The notes below the pieces were generated by a model. That model searched no databases and was not told the DNA's origin. It worked only from the letters and a program-made list of their open reading frames with translations. This document shows, in pieces, positions 12,550 to 22,500 of a stretch of 64,000 bases of DNA. Source of the DNA: an uncultured Methanosarcinales archaeon (GTDB lineage: Archaea > Halobacteriota > Methanosarcinia > Methanotrichales > Methanotrichaceae); assembly GCA_963843555.1 (NCBI GenBank), contig CAWJKV010000005.1, positions 64,001 to 128,000 on the forward strand. The letters run 5' to 3'. Both the position numbers and the translations under genes were made by a program. Each line of letters starts with the position of its first letter. The first letter of the stretch is position 1.

Positions 12550-13689
12550 ATGCGCTCTATCCTGCCCACCATGGGAGTCATCGGTCTTATCCTGCTCATA
12601 GCTATAGCTCTGCTATTTTCGAATAGCTTTGCCGCTTCAGGAAAAGATGCGGCAGAGGTCATAATCATCAAGTCTCCAGGATGCACAAAATGCGCGGCTG
12701 CTGACAGAACGCTTGATAAGATAGGGCAAACGGTGCCTCTGAATGTCACCGGTTATTATTATTATTCGGATGAGGGTCATCGCGTCATCAAGCAGTACAA
12801 TGCCAAGGATGTTCCCGCCATCATCATTGGGACCCGGGCCATAAACTACAGGGACTATGAGGGGAACAATTCCAAGCTGGAGCTGCTTATTGTTGAGGCT
12901 CTGGCAAACCAGAGTTCGGGTATCAAACCTGCGATTTCGATACCTGGCAACGAAAGCCAGAACATGAGCAACAAAAATGGCCCCGGCATGGGCGGGCTGG
13001 ATTTGAAGGAGCTCTCCATTTACACTATCTCCGCCGTCCTGGGAGCGGGCCTCGTGGCAGGCTTCAACCCCTGCCTCCTGGGCATTCTGGTCTTCCTGGC
13101 AGCATCCATTCTCTCTACCAGTGGAAAGAGGCGCGAGCTGGTGATGATGGTGGTGTTCTTTTCTCTTGGCATCTTCACCATGTACTTTCTATTTGGCCTG
13201 GGAATGCAGCGACTATTGCAGTCGGAGGCGATAGCCAGTGCCTTCCGCTACTTCTTGACCGTCCTGCTTTTGGTGGCCGGCTTTTCACAGGTTCTGGATG
13301 CGGTGCGGCTGAACCAGGGAAAACCCTCTCTGTTCCGGACGGACTGGGCGCTCAAGTACTTCCAGGCCGGGGTTGACAAACGTCGCTTCAGCTCCTACTT
13401 CCTGATAGGTGCGCTCTTCTCCCTGGTCAAAGCTCCCTGTGTGGGTGCCATCTATCTCGCGATACTGGATCTTATCTCCGCCAGAAGCTACTTTGAGGGT
13501 GCTGCCTATCTCTTCTTTTTCAACCTGGGAGTGATCCTGCCCATCATTGTCGTGGGCAGCATCTTAGCCCTGGGTATGAGCCCGGAGCAGGTGGATAGTT
13601 TCCGCAAAGATCATCGGGTGGGAATGAGGCTTTTCACCGGCCTGATGTTGCTGGCACTGGTACCTCTCATTTACTGGCAGCTAATTTAA
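12550..13689 (+). CDS. Extracytoplasmic thioredoxin/glutaredoxin-like domain fused to CcdA/DsbD-type transmembrane domain
   Basis: Signal peptide, SPGCTKC (CxxC), VPAIII cis-Pro; TM domain with FNPC and KAPCVG. Confidence 0.85.
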   Translation: MRSILPTMGVIGLILLIAIALLFSNSFAASGKDAAEVIIIKSPGCTKCAAADRTLDKIGQTVPLNVTGYYYYSDEGHRVIKQYNAKDVPAIIIGTRAINYRDYEGNNSKLELLIVEALANQSSGIKPAISIPGNESQNMSNKNGPGMGGLDLKELSIYTISAVLGAGLVAGFNPCLLGILVFLAASILSTSGKRRELVMMVVFFSLGIFTMYFLFGLGMQRLLQSEAIASAFRYFLTVLLLVAGFSQVLDAVRLNQGKPSLFRTDWALKYFQAGVDKRRFSSYFLIGALFSLVKAPCVGAIYLAILDLISARSYFEGAAYLFFFNLGVILPIIVVGSILALGMSPEQVDSFRKDHRVGMRLFTGLMLLALVPLIYWQLI

Positions 13690-13848
13690 TCGTGACTGAG
13701 ACGGATCCAGGGTTACGGACCCGGGATCGCAGAGCCAGGGGTCGGGCAGAACGGCATTAGCGTATCGTAGACCTCAGAGCCAGGCACCAAACGCAGCAAA
13801 AGGATTAAAATAGAGAGATTGCTCACTCGTCTGGCGAGGTGAATCTTT

Positions 13849-15036
13849 TTGTTTTTAGTTGGAGAGGCTCTCATAGGAAAGGAGCCTGAGATAGCTCATA
13901 TCGATCTGATCATCGGAGACAAGGAGGGGCCTGTTGCAACGGCTTTTGCCTCCGGACTCACACAGCTTTCGGCAGGGCACACGCCGCTTTTGGGAGTCAT
14001 CCGGCCGAATCTGCCGCCCAAGCCATCTACTTTAATCGTTCCCAAAGTTACTGTGAAGAACATGGATCAAGCTGCCCAGATCTTCGGACCTGCGCAGCAG
14101 GCCGTGGCCAAGGCGGTGGCTGATTCCGTTGCCGAGGGCATCATTCCCAAGGATAAGGCAGAGGATCTGCTGGTAATAGTATCCGTCTTCATCCATCCCC
14201 AGGCCAGGGATTACGACGCCATCTATCGCTACAATTACGGGGCCACGAAGCTGGCCTTGCAGCGAGCCATGGAGGGCTTCCCGGATATCGATAAAGTTCT
14301 TTACGAGAAGGACCGGTCCACGCATCCCATCATGGGATTCCGCGTTACACGTCTATGGGACCCACCATACTTGCAGGTGGCCTTCGACCTCGTTGACGTC
14401 GCTGAGGTGCGCCGCGTGCTCAATGCGTTGCCTGAGAGCGATCACATACTGATTGAGGTGGGAACGCCCCTGGTGAAGATGCTGGGCATAAGTGTGGTCA
14501 AGGAGATTCGAGCCATCCGGCCGGGTGCCTTTGTCATCCTGGATCTCAAGACTCTGGACACAGGCAATTTGGAAGTGCGTCTGGCTGCGGACTCTACAGC
14601 CGATGCCGTGGTGATCTCAGGTCTCGCGCCCAAGAAGACGCTCGAGCTCTCCATCAATGAGGCCAGGAAGACGGGCATCTACTCCATAATCGATATGCTC
14701 AATGTGCCAGATCCGCTGGCCGTCCTGAAGAGCCTGGACGTCCTGCCGGATGTGGTCGAATTGCACCGGGCCATTGATAACGAGAAGAGCGCTCACGCCT
14801 GGCAGAACATCGGCGAGATTAAGGCCCTGGCCAAAGATGGCCGCAAGCTCCTTGTGGCCGTCGCGGGAGGCATCCGCACGGACACGGAAGGCGCAGCCCT
14901 GGCAGCAGGCGCGGACATACTCGTAGTGGGCAGAGCCATAACCAGATCCCGGGATATTCGCGACATGGCCGAGCAGTTCCTGACGGGCCTGAAGCAGACG
15001 GAGATCGACCAGTACAGGATCATGACCGACTTCTGA
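13849..15036 (+). CDS. fae-hps: Bifunctional formaldehyde-activating enzyme / 3-hexulose-6-phosphate synthase
   Basis: [30 protein letters not shown] (Fae); [20 protein letters not shown] (Hps). Confidence 0.95.
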   Translation: MFLVGEALIGKEPEIAHIDLIIGDKEGPVATAFASGLTQLSAGHTPLLGVIRPNLPPKPSTLIVPKVTVKNMDQAAQIFGPAQQAVAKAVADSVAEGIIPKDKAEDLLVIVSVFIHPQARDYDAIYRYNYGATKLALQRAMEGFPDIDKVLYEKDRSTHPIMGFRVTRLWDPPYLQVAFDLVDVAEVRRVLNALPESDHILIEVGTPLVKMLGISVVKEIRAIRPGAFVILDLKTLDTGNLEVRLAADSTADAVVISGLAPKKTLELSINEARKTGIYSIIDMLNVPDPLAVLKSLDVLPDVVELHRAIDNEKSAHAWQNIGEIKALAKDGRKLLVAVAGGIRTDTEGAALAAGADILVVGRAITRSRDIRDMAEQFLTGLKQTEIDQYRIMTDF

Positions 15037-15330
15037 TGCTGAAGTTGGATGATCCATTTTCTCTTTTTTTATTGGTACTCTCATTGTTACTGAAGAGAGA
15101 GGACCAGATCTACGAGCAAAAATTTGTGGCGCGGGCCAAGAAGCACTCCTGCGAGGCCCAAAATGAGATCGAGCTTATTGCCCACCACAACCCCCTTCAC
15201 AGCACGAACACGATAAGCAGCAGTGGTCAGGTAAGAGCCGGGATAGCTGGCCAGGACTCTCTTTGAGTGAAGGGTCCTGCAAGCAAAACGCCTGAAAGAT
15301 TTTAATAACTTGGTGATCAAGGCCAGATAG

Positions 15331-16641
15331 ATGATCCGCGCTCTTCTTCTTTTATTGCTATTGCTGCTGCCCGCTAGCGCCCTCGACATCCAGGTGGGGC
15401 CGGAGGCCCGGCCTGATGGCGCAGTGATCGTGGTGGTGGACGGGTTGGGCGCATCCTATGTTTACCCCGAGCATAGCGCCTATGCTCTGGACGGCTCCCC
15501 CTTGGTCAAGGCCGTGCTCTTCAACCTTACCGGCGGCGGGGCTCGGGCTGTGGATGTGAGGGTTCCCGTGCCGGAGACGACGAAGAGCCACAGCGTTCTC
15601 ATCACAGGGAGCTCAGATGCCGATCCGGAGTTCCTCAGCCCCACAGTCTTTGACGCCGCCCGCCAGAAGGGCTACCTCTGCCTCGGCGTTCTGGAGCGGG
15701 GCGATTCCATGCATGTTCTGCAAGAGCTGGATGCCGTTCTCTATCTGGGCGACAATGCTTTGCACGGAGCCGAGCCCACGCCGGGATTCAGAGACGATGT
15801 GCCGGCAGGCCTGCGGGTCCTGTTCCAGGAATGGCGGGATAGATTTGCAGAGTACACCGAACCTGCTGGTCTCCCTGGCTACGCAGGGAACAATGCCTGG
15901 GGGCTGGATGCGGCTGCCGACATCGTCGAGCACCTCCCAGGCCAGCCCTTCATCATGCTGGTCAATGTGGGCGCAGTTGATAGCGCCGGGCAGAACCTCG
16001 GGGCGGACGGTTACTTGCAGACGGCGCAGGCCCTGGACGAGCCGCTGGGAAAATTGGCCGAGGTCTGCCGCAAGAACAACGCCCTACTGGTCATAACTGC
16101 TGACCACGGCATGGTCTTTCCAGATGCAAAGGGCAAGGGCGGCCACTCCGCCGAGAAATACGCGGCAAAGCCTGAGGCCCTGCGCGTGCCCCTGGTCGTT
16201 CTCGGGCGAGGAGTGGAAGAGCTGAACCTGGGCGGCCGCTGGTCGGAGATGGACATCACGCCTACTGTGCTGGATATCCTGAATATATCGTCAAACTTAA
16301 CCAACGAAGGCAGGTCCATGCCCCTTCGCGAGAGCTACGACCTGCGGGTTACGGGCGCGCCCGCGGGCCTGGAGCTCTGGCGCGGTGAAGAGCGGCTGGC
16401 CAATGCCACTGGAGAAGACGAGTACAACTTCCGCGGGCTGGAGCGCGGGCTTTACATGCTCAAGGCGGGCGGGCAGTCCATCCGGGTTTTGGTGAATGGA
16501 GATCAGACCATGGATCTAGCAGGAAAGACGGCAGCGGCACCCAGCGGCGACATGAAGAAGACGATCGGAATCGTACTCATCCTGGCCATAAACCTGGCTG
16601 GATTAGCAATAATTATCAGGATTTGGAAAAGAGGCGAGTGA
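15331..16641 (+). CDS. Membrane-anchored extracellular alkaline phosphatase/sulfatase superfamily protein
   Basis: Signal peptide, VVVDGLG, ETT, VDSAGQ, ITADHG, GGH..LRVPL, C-terminal TM plus basic tail. Confidence 0.8.
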   Translation: MIRALLLLLLLLLPASALDIQVGPEARPDGAVIVVVDGLGASYVYPEHSAYALDGSPLVKAVLFNLTGGGARAVDVRVPVPETTKSHSVLITGSSDADPEFLSPTVFDAARQKGYLCLGVLERGDSMHVLQELDAVLYLGDNALHGAEPTPGFRDDVPAGLRVLFQEWRDRFAEYTEPAGLPGYAGNNAWGLDAAADIVEHLPGQPFIMLVNVGAVDSAGQNLGADGYLQTAQALDEPLGKLAEVCRKNNALLVITADHGMVFPDAKGKGGHSAEKYAAKPEALRVPLVVLGRGVEELNLGGRWSEMDITPTVLDILNISSNLTNEGRSMPLRESYDLRVTGAPAGLELWRGEERLANATGEDEYNFRGLERGLYMLKAGGQSIRVLVNGDQTMDLAGKTAAAPSGDMKKTIGIVLILAINLAGLAIIIRIWKRGE

Positions 16642-16775
16642 TTCCGGCTAACTCTGCGGTACGAATAAAAATCGAGATGCTTTGACCTTATCGACTAGAC
16701 CTTAAGCCAAAGTCGTGGCTACATCCAAACGGTGGAACTCTCGATTAGTCTCCAGTTTGGCCGCCGTCGCTTGGC

Positions 16776-17019
16776 CGGCCGCGGCCTTGAGCGGCGCCCC
16801 AACCATAGCGCGGGAGGCCAGCAGGCCGACTCGCGGCACCCCAGAAGGATGTGCGGACGTTGTTCCTGCTGGCATCGGATAGATCCCATCTGCAGTTGAA
16901 TGATTTCTAACTTGTCGAAAATTATCCTACTACATCTTTCGATTCCCGCGCGGGTGTTACGCGTTAGGGGTGACGGGGGCCACTCCAGGCCGTGGTGGCC
17001 CCGCCTGACTCCGCGGCCG
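16776..17019. other. GC-rich nested inverted-repeat element (possible structured RNA or MITE)
   Basis: Helices 16776-84/17011-19, 16808-15/16944-51, 16817-25/16865-73, 16976-83/16995-17002. Confidence 0.45.
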
Positions 17020-17033
17020 CGGGGGGACAATCT

Positions 17034-17456
17034 ATGAAGCCTTGCCAATTATCCGTGAACGTGTTTGAGGAGGCCCCAGCCAGGGTGCATATCCTGCGGG
17101 ATCTTCTAAACGTGTCGCTAAACCTCACAGAAGGCAAGCCGATATCCGTTCTCGAGAGCTATGACCTGCGGGTTACGGGCGCGCCCGCAGGCGTGGAGCT
17201 GTGGCGTGGCGAAGTGGAGCTTGCCAACGGCTCCGCTGCCGGGGAGTATAACTTCCTAGGTCTGGAGCGCGGGCTTTACTCGATCAAGTCGGGCGGGATG
17301 TCCTGGCAGGTTCTAGTGAATGGGAACGCGGAGATGGACCTATCAGGGAAGGCGCCATTTAGCAGCGATATGAAGATGATAGGAATCAAACTCATCCTGG
17401 CCATAAACCTGATGGGGGTTTTGGTGATCATAAGAATAATCAGGAAGGAGGAATAG
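17034..17456 (+). CDS. Stand-alone duplicate of the C-terminal Ig-like + TM module of the upstream phosphatase-like gene
   Basis: ESYDLRVTGAPAG.ELWRGE..LAN, YNF.GLERGLY and LILAINL match residues ~310-436 of the 15331 ORF. Confidence 0.65.
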   Translation: MKPCQLSVNVFEEAPARVHILRDLLNVSLNLTEGKPISVLESYDLRVTGAPAGVELWRGEVELANGSAAGEYNFLGLERGLYSIKSGGMSWQVLVNGNAEMDLSGKAPFSSDMKMIGIKLILAINLMGVLVIIRIIRKEE

Positions 17457-17547
17457 GCATCCAAAGTCTGAATGGGCGCCCTATTGTTGCCCTGAGTCCA
17501 GTCGTTTCTCCAGGGTTCAAAACTCGGGTTGAGATATTTCATACTTA

Positions 17548-17590
17548 TTATGAACTTCGCATACATTTTCCCAAATATGCTTATAAAATA
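17548..17590 (+). promoter_or_regulatory. Candidate operator TATGAA-N3-(CG)CATA plus TATA box upstream of amt1
   Basis: TTATGAACTTcgCATAcatttTCCCAA is shared with the amt2 upstream region; TTATAAAA at 17581. Confidence 0.5.
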
Positions 17591-17607
17591 TGTATCTGCC
17601 TTGACGC

Positions 17608-18882
17608 TTGGTGGTAACAATTCGTACCTTCTGGTCATTACTTCTGCTAGCTCTGCTGATAGGCACGGCATCTGCAGACGATGGAATGATAAATGCTGCG
17701 GACAACGCCTGGGTTCTGATCAGCGCAGCTCTGGTCTTACTCATGATTCCGGGGGTTGGATTCTTCTACGGGGGGATGGTTCGCAAGAAGAATGCCATCT
17801 CCACGATCATATTCAGCTTTGCCGTCATGAGCATCATAAGCTTGCAGTGGATCTTATACGGCTACACCCTGGCCTTCGGAAAGGACATCTACGGCCTTAT
17901 AGGCAGCCTGGAATTCCTGGGCCTGATGGGTGTGGGCATGGGTGTGAAAGAGGGCCTGACCATCCCTTCGCTCACCTTCATGATCTTCCAGGCCATGTTT
18001 GCCATCATCACCGTGTCTCTGATCACGGGCAGCTATGTAGAGCGCATAAAATTCAGCTCTTTTCTGGTCTTCTCTCTGGCCTGGGCCACTCTGGTCTACG
18101 ATCCTGTAGCCCACTGGGTCTGGGGCGGGGGCTGGCTGCAACAGATGGGCGCACTGGACTTTGCGGGCGGAATTGTGGTGCATATCACCGCAGGCGTCTC
18201 GGCCATGGCGGTGGCACTGGTCATTGGAGCTCGCAAGGGATTCGGAACGGACCCCATGGAGCCGCATAATATCCCCACTACAGTCATGGGCGCGGCCCTG
18301 CTCTGGTTTGGCTGGTTTGGCTTCAACGCGGGCTCGGCCTTGGCCGCGAACGGCATAGCTGCCAATGCCTTTGTAACCACAAATACCGCTGCCGCGGCCG
18401 CGGCGACGACCTGGATGCTTCTCTCCTGGAGACAGAGAGCGCCTTCCGCCCTGGGAATCGTGACCGGCGCCGTTGCTGGTTTGGCCGCGATAACGCCGGC
18501 TGCGGGTTTCGTGACGCCCCTGGCGGCGATTCCTATAGGCATAATGGCTGCCATTGCCGGATACTATGCCATCATCCTGGTTCGAGGCAGCAAGAAGGTC
18601 GACGACTCTCTGGACGTCCTGGCCTGCCACGGCATCGGCAGCACCTGGGGCGTCCTGGCCACAGGCATCTTTGCAACCATCGGGGCGACCGGCCTCCTGG
18701 CCGGCAACCCCCATCAGGTCATGGTGCAGGTCGTAGCCATTGGAGCTGTCTGGGGCTACTCCTTCCTGGTCACCTTCGGCCTCGCCAAGCTCATTGATGC
18801 CTTAATGGGTCTGCGCGTTCGGGATGAGGAAGAGTCTGTGGGTCTGGACATCAGCCAGCATGGCGAAGGCGCCTACATGTGA
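17608..18882 (+). CDS. amt: Ammonium transporter (with N-terminal signal-like extension)
   Basis: [53 protein letters not shown]. Confidence 0.96.
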   Translation: MVVTIRTFWSLLLLALLIGTASADDGMINAADNAWVLISAALVLLMIPGVGFFYGGMVRKKNAISTIIFSFAVMSIISLQWILYGYTLAFGKDIYGLIGSLEFLGLMGVGMGVKEGLTIPSLTFMIFQAMFAIITVSLITGSYVERIKFSSFLVFSLAWATLVYDPVAHWVWGGGWLQQMGALDFAGGIVVHITAGVSAMAVALVIGARKGFGTDPMEPHNIPTTVMGAALLWFGWFGFNAGSALAANGIAANAFVTTNTAAAAAATTWMLLSWRQRAPSALGIVTGAVAGLAAITPAAGFVTPLAAIPIGIMAAIAGYYAIILVRGSKKVDDSLDVLACHGIGSTWGVLATGIFATIGATGLLAGNPHQVMVQVVAIGAVWGYSFLVTFGLAKLIDALMGLRVRDEEESVGLDISQHGEGAYM

Positions 18883-18900
18883 AGGATGTGAGGAGTCAAG

Positions 18901-19239
18901 ATGAAGAAGATTGAAGCCATAATCCGGCCCGAGAAGCTCCACCTGCTGCGCGATAAGCTGGACAAGAAGGGCTTTTCAGGCATGACAGTGACAGAGGTCA
19001 AAGGCCGGGGAAAGCAGAAGGGCATCACGCTGCAGTGGAGGGCCGGAGACTACAAAGTGGAGTTCCTGCAGAAGATAAAGCTGGAGATGGTGGTAGAGGA
19101 TAAAGACGCGGAGGACGTCATCGATGTGATCTGCGATGTAGCCCAGACGGGGGAAGCCGGGGACGGCAAGATCTTCGTCTATCCTGTGGAGGACGTGGTG
19201 CGGGTGAGGACGAAGGAGCGGGGGTGCGGAGCGGTTTGA
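18901..19239 (+). CDS. glnK: P-II nitrogen regulatory protein
   Basis: [28 protein letters not shown]; follows amt. Confidence 0.95.
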   Translation: MKKIEAIIRPEKLHLLRDKLDKKGFSGMTVTEVKGRGKQKGITLQWRAGDYKVEFLQKIKLEMVVEDKDAEDVIDVICDVAQTGEAGDGKIFVYPVEDVVRVRTKERGCGAV

Positions 19240-19377
19240 CGCCAGCTCAAGCGTTTCCTTTTTTTTAGCTCCTCCGACTTCAGAGGTTCTGATTTAGAAA
19301 ACCTATTGAAGGCAAACAGTTTCTAAGTCCCCCCGGAGCTCTATGCTTCCCATCCCATATAGCTCCTAACCAAAAGC

Positions 19378-19440
19378 TATGAACGGTTATGAACTTTTCA
19401 TATCTCTTCCCAATTTATATCAAATACTCTTTTAAATACT
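19378..19440 (+). promoter_or_regulatory. Candidate operator, perfect palindrome TATGAA-CTT-TTCATA, plus TATA-like boxes upstream of amt2
   Basis: Palindrome at 19388-19402, extra TATGAAC at 19378, TTTATAT ~19414 and TTTAAATA ~19431. Confidence 0.5.
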
Positions 19441-19555
19441 CCTGCCCAGGTTCCATCCAGCAAATCCTGGACCCGAGATCCCTAGAGTGGTCCGGAGAGT
19501 CAAATCAATAAACTGAATATCTTTCGCATTCATATAACATTTAAGGTGATGCAGT

Positions 19556-20764
19556 TTGCCAATAAATACTGGAGACACAGCATGGGTTCTGGCGGCAACA
19601 GCGATGGTAATGCTGATGACGCCGGGCGTTGGTTTGTTCTACGGCGGCCTGGTCCGCAGCAAGACCGTCGTCTCGATGATAGGTCTCTCTTTCCTGGCTT
19701 TCGCCATAGCCAGCATCCAGTGGGTCCTCTTCGGCTACAGCCTCTCTTTCGGCTCGGATATTTCCGGTGTCATAGGCGGCCTGAACTATATGGCGCTAAA
19801 CGGCATTGGCCTTGGCGAGGCGCCTCTGGCGAGCAACATACCGCATCTGCTCTACGTGGCCTTTCAGCTGGTCTTCGCAGCCGTTACTCTGGCCATCCTG
19901 ACCTCTGCCGTGGCGGAACGGGTCAAGCTCAGCTCCTTCATCGTGCTGGCCGTTCTCTGGACCACCCTGGTCTATGACCCTCTGGCTCACTGGGTCTGGG
20001 CAGGCGGCTGGATGGCTCAGATGGGAGCCCTGGACTTTGCCGGCGGAACGGTGGTGCACATCAGCTCCGGGTTCTCGGCCCTGGCCATAGCTCTGGTCAT
20101 AGGAAAAAGAATGGGTTTCGGATCCTATGTCATGGAACCCCATAACATCCCCCTGGCCATGATCGGCGCTGGTCTGCTCTGGTTCGGCTGGTTTGGATTC
20201 AATGCCGGCTCCGCCCTGGGCGCCAACGGCCTGGCCGCTTCCGCCCTGCTGGTCACCAACACCTCTGCGGCTGCCGGTGCTCTGACCTGGCTCTTCGCCA
20301 GCTGGTTCAAAGGAAAGCCCAGTGCTCTGGGAATGGTGAGCGGAGGTATAGCCGGTCTGGTGGCCATAACGCCTGCTGCGGGCTATGTTGATATCGCTGG
20401 CGCCGTCGTCATCGGCGCGGTGGCCGGTGTTGTTTGCTACATGGCGCTCCTCTTCCGCGTCCGTCGGGGCCTGGATGAGAGCTGCGACGCCTGGGCAGTG
20501 CACGGCATGGGCGGCCTGTGGGGCGCTATAGCCACAGGCATCTTTGCTACGGCCTCGGTCAACAGCTACACCGGCTTGCTCTCTGGCAATGTTCATCAGT
20601 TCACTGTGCAGATCATGGCGGCGGGTGCATCTGTGATCTATGCCTTCGTGATGACGTTTGTCCTGGCCAAGATCGTGGACTCTCTCATGGGCTTGAGGGT
20701 CACTGAGGACGAGGAATACGTGGGCCTGGATATATCCCAGCATGGCGAGAAAGCTTATGCCTGA
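19556..20764 (+). CDS. amt: Ammonium transporter
   Basis: [49 protein letters not shown]. Confidence 0.96.
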   Translation: MPINTGDTAWVLAATAMVMLMTPGVGLFYGGLVRSKTVVSMIGLSFLAFAIASIQWVLFGYSLSFGSDISGVIGGLNYMALNGIGLGEAPLASNIPHLLYVAFQLVFAAVTLAILTSAVAERVKLSSFIVLAVLWTTLVYDPLAHWVWAGGWMAQMGALDFAGGTVVHISSGFSALAIALVIGKRMGFGSYVMEPHNIPLAMIGAGLLWFGWFGFNAGSALGANGLAASALLVTNTSAAAGALTWLFASWFKGKPSALGMVSGGIAGLVAITPAAGYVDIAGAVVIGAVAGVVCYMALLFRVRRGLDESCDAWAVHGMGGLWGAIATGIFATASVNSYTGLLSGNVHQFTVQIMAAGASVIYAFVMTFVLAKIVDSLMGLRVTEDEEYVGLDISQHGEKAYA

Positions 20765-21109
<345 letters not shown>

Positions 21110-21162
21110 TTCCTCTTTTTTGATCAAGACGAAAAGGTAAATAGCTTTATTTCAACTAGTTA

Positions 21163-22215
21163 ATGATGGCAGGCGAGATTAAGATCCTGGGTGCGGGAAT
21201 CTCTGGTTTGACCGCGTCAATTAATTTGGCCAAGGGAGGATTTGGTGTAACGGTTTTTGAAAAGTCCTCTTCGGTTGGAAGCCGTTTCCATGGCGATTTT
21301 CAGGGCCTGGAGAATTGGAGCGACGAGACGGATACTCTGGAAATTTTAAAAAATCTGTCGCTCAAGACCAACTTCTGGAACAAGGGTTTCAAGAAGGCCA
21401 CCATATATACCGATTTGCATAAGGAGTTTAAAGCAAGAGATGCTGACAACATTTTCTATCTGGTGCGAAGGGGGCCTGTTGATAGCCTGGATGAAAGTTT
21501 AAAGAACCAGGCTCTTGATGCCGGCGTGGAAATAAGATTCAATTCAAAAACGGACCAAAAAGAATGCGATATAATTGCTACAGGGGTTTCTGGCAAAAAA
21601 CCGGTTATGATCGCAAAGGGCATCGTCTTTGATACAGATGCCGAAGATTTGATTATTGCGACCCTAAATGATAAATTAGCCTTCAAAGGATATTCATATT
21701 TTTTGGTTGCAGATGGGAAAGCAACATTGGCCTCTGTCGTAGCCAAAGATTTATCAAAAGTGAATCTCTGCTTTAAAAATACCCTTGCAAGCATTTTCAA
21801 AATTGAAAAAATTCAAGATCGAAAACAAGAGATCCTTTGCAGGCTATGGAAATTTTGCAGTGAATGAGAGCAATATACAGAATAAGAAGTTGTTCGTAGG
21901 AGAGGCCGCGGGTTTCCAGGATCTCTTTTTGGGTTTTGGCATGAAGTATGCCCTCTTAAGCGGATATGCGGCAGCAAGAAGCATAATGGAAGAAAAAGAC
22001 TACGATGACGATCTGCCGAGAAGTTGTTCTTGGATAAGCAGAAGGCATCCGCTGCCAATAGACTGATCTACGAGTTATCCGGCCAATGGGGCTATAATTA
22101 TATCGCAAGTCGAGCCTGTAATTCGAGAAGTCCGAAATCGTGGTTGAAAGGTAAATATAGCTTCAGTCCGAGCAAAAGGCTCGTCTACCCCTTTACAAAA
22201 TTTGCAAAGATATGA
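21163..22215 (+). CDS. FAD-dependent oxidoreductase, geranylgeranyl-reductase-like (two frameshifts)
   Basis: ILGAGISGL, VFEK, GYSY, FVGEAAGFQD..GFGMKYALLSG spread over three ORFs; AT-richer than neighbours. Confidence 0.75.
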
Positions 22216-22323
22216 TTCTCCGTAAACATATCTCCTCCAAATCATATACATACAAATCAACTTTAAATCAAGTTCATTTGCCTGTAGGTAAATCTAATTT
22301 TTTAAGCAATCTTAAGTCAAACG

Positions 22324-22456
22324 GCGGCGGCGCACCCCGCTGCAAGCAGGCGGGGCATGCGAGGCGCCGCCGCATGAAGGCGGAACTATATCGATCTGAT
22401 CCATTCCTAAGTTGAACACGTATGCCCTTTATCCCCGATGCAAGCATCGGGGTATT
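22324..22456. mobile_element. Miniature IS200/IS605-like non-autonomous element (two related hairpins)
   Basis: CCCCGC-TGCAAGCAG-GCGGGG (22335-55, inside a 10-bp outer stem) and CCCCGATGC-AA-GCATCGGGG-TATT (22433-56). Confidence 0.5.
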
Positions 22457-22500
22457 GCTATAAAATAATTGTTCTTCATCCCAAGTTCGGGTGAAATGAA

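Noticed and set aside
15036..15389. Small ORFs between fae-hps and the phosphatase-like gene
   Set aside because: No recognisable motif, RBS or clear start on either strand
16260..17456. Diversity-generating retroelement TR/VR pair
   Set aside because: Differences between the copies involve all bases, mostly synonymous, not adenine-specific; no reverse transcriptase in the window
22324..22500. TPP riboswitch upstream of thiC
   Set aside because: Conserved CTGAGA and related TPP-box motifs are not present
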